Source of the DNA: Bigelowiella natans CCMP2755
Lineage: Eukaryota > Protista > Cercozoa
Length of the DNA stretch: 38,326 nucleotides
Direction of reading: 5' to 3'
Assembly: GCA_000320545.1 (NCBI GenBank)
Contig: ADNK01001796.1
Coordinates: 1-38,326, forward strand
Shown piece by piece: positions 38,222-38,326 of the stretch. Numbering within the stretch: the first letter of the stretch is position 1; each line of letters opens with the position of its first letter. A program made the position numbers and the translations under genes. The notes under the pieces were generated by a model. The model saw only the letters and a program-made list of their open reading frames with translations, was not told the origin of the DNA and did not search any database.

Positions 38222-38326
38222 CAGCAGCGTTGATATGATGATATGTTGTTAATGAAGATGTGAATGATATTTGATAGGATGTGCTCAAAGAGGCCGGAGT
38301 ACCTCCTTCAAAGTTAAAGACACAGT
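29150..38326 (+). CDS. Large multi-exon protein: unknown N-terminus, polyproline segment, HAD-like phosphatase N-half, then a DIRS-type tyrosine recombinase (phage-integrase fold) domain; truncated by window end
   Basis: Exons join in phase at GT-AG sites: ...-32920, 33102-33156, 33352-33395, 33743-33787, 34185-34232, 34432-34482, 34710-34761, 34887-34940, 35110-35155, 35321-35408, 35503-35533, 35996-36160, 36419-36477, 36660-36707, 36868-36928, 37079-37157, 37648-37681, 37862-37913, 38040-38077, 38278-end. HAD motif I VIALDFDQTITL and motif II ICCIATAQ. Recombinase-like blocks SWGMNETMSLNKLTIKLVVLMSLNTSRKPKDMERI, DVTMCTVRCMKAYAERTKELR and RLFISADGKGLLDADTIDKMTKDVLKEAGVPPSKLKT. The 5' exons and the start (MSHSRFQALFRKMT) are less certain. 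Confidence 0.8.
29310..29495. repeat. Diverged 90-bp tandem duplication (period 96) in or near the first intron of the HAD-recombinase gene
   Basis: attcctagtaacatgtagtacaaataacaatgaggaaatttcc...ctctccccatt (29310-29399) versus attcccagcaacatgtagtacaaatgatgatgaggaaacttcc...ctctccccatt (29406-29495). Confidence 0.9.

Noticed and set aside
10491-38288. Many ORFs with poly-I, poly-M, poly-S, poly-L, poly-H or (YI)n/(RE)n runs
   Set aside because: These are translations of intronic microsatellites. The real coding sequence is in short exons, often in other frames.
29150-38326. Idea that the HAD-recombinase gene causes the TA hypermutation
   Set aside because: Proximity only. No deaminase (HxE…CxxC) or methyltransferase motif was recognised in the assembled exons.
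34432-38326. Intact DIRS retrotransposon
   Set aside because: No gag, RT or RNase H and no terminal repeats seen in the window. The domain is split by many spliceosomal introns and is in frame with a host-like gene.

Overview
Eukaryotic nuclear DNA: intron-dense, with many short GT-AG exons and introns full of di- and trinucleotide microsatellites. It resembles a protist or algal genome, but the taxon cannot be established from sequence alone. Exons assembled by hand give seven genes. (1) The 3' end of a PiT/SLC20 phosphate transporter (+). (2) An uncharacterised EF-hand-like-domain gene (-). (3) An intron-poor, secreted, bacterial-type right-handed beta-helix (GH141-like) gene (+). (4) A TBC1D24-like TBC+TLDc gene (-). 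(5) A poorly resolved membrane-protein gene (-). (6) A DUF2867-like gene with a possible mitochondrial transit peptide (-). (7) A large gene (+, running off the window) in which the N-terminal half of a HAD phosphatase is fused to a DIRS-type tyrosine recombinase domain. Two observations stand out. (A) The three large non-divergent intergenic spacers are depleted of TpA (two almost completely, one partially), and the survivors sit mainly in CTAG/CTA/TAG. A local 47-bp repeat pair differs only by TA<->TG/CA changes. Together these suggest a targeted, context-specific A-to-G hypermutation, the mirror image of fungal RIP. (B) The spliced HAD-tyrosine recombinase fusion looks like a domesticated DIRS recombinase. 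Most ORFs in the supplied track are microsatellite or stop-depletion artefacts.
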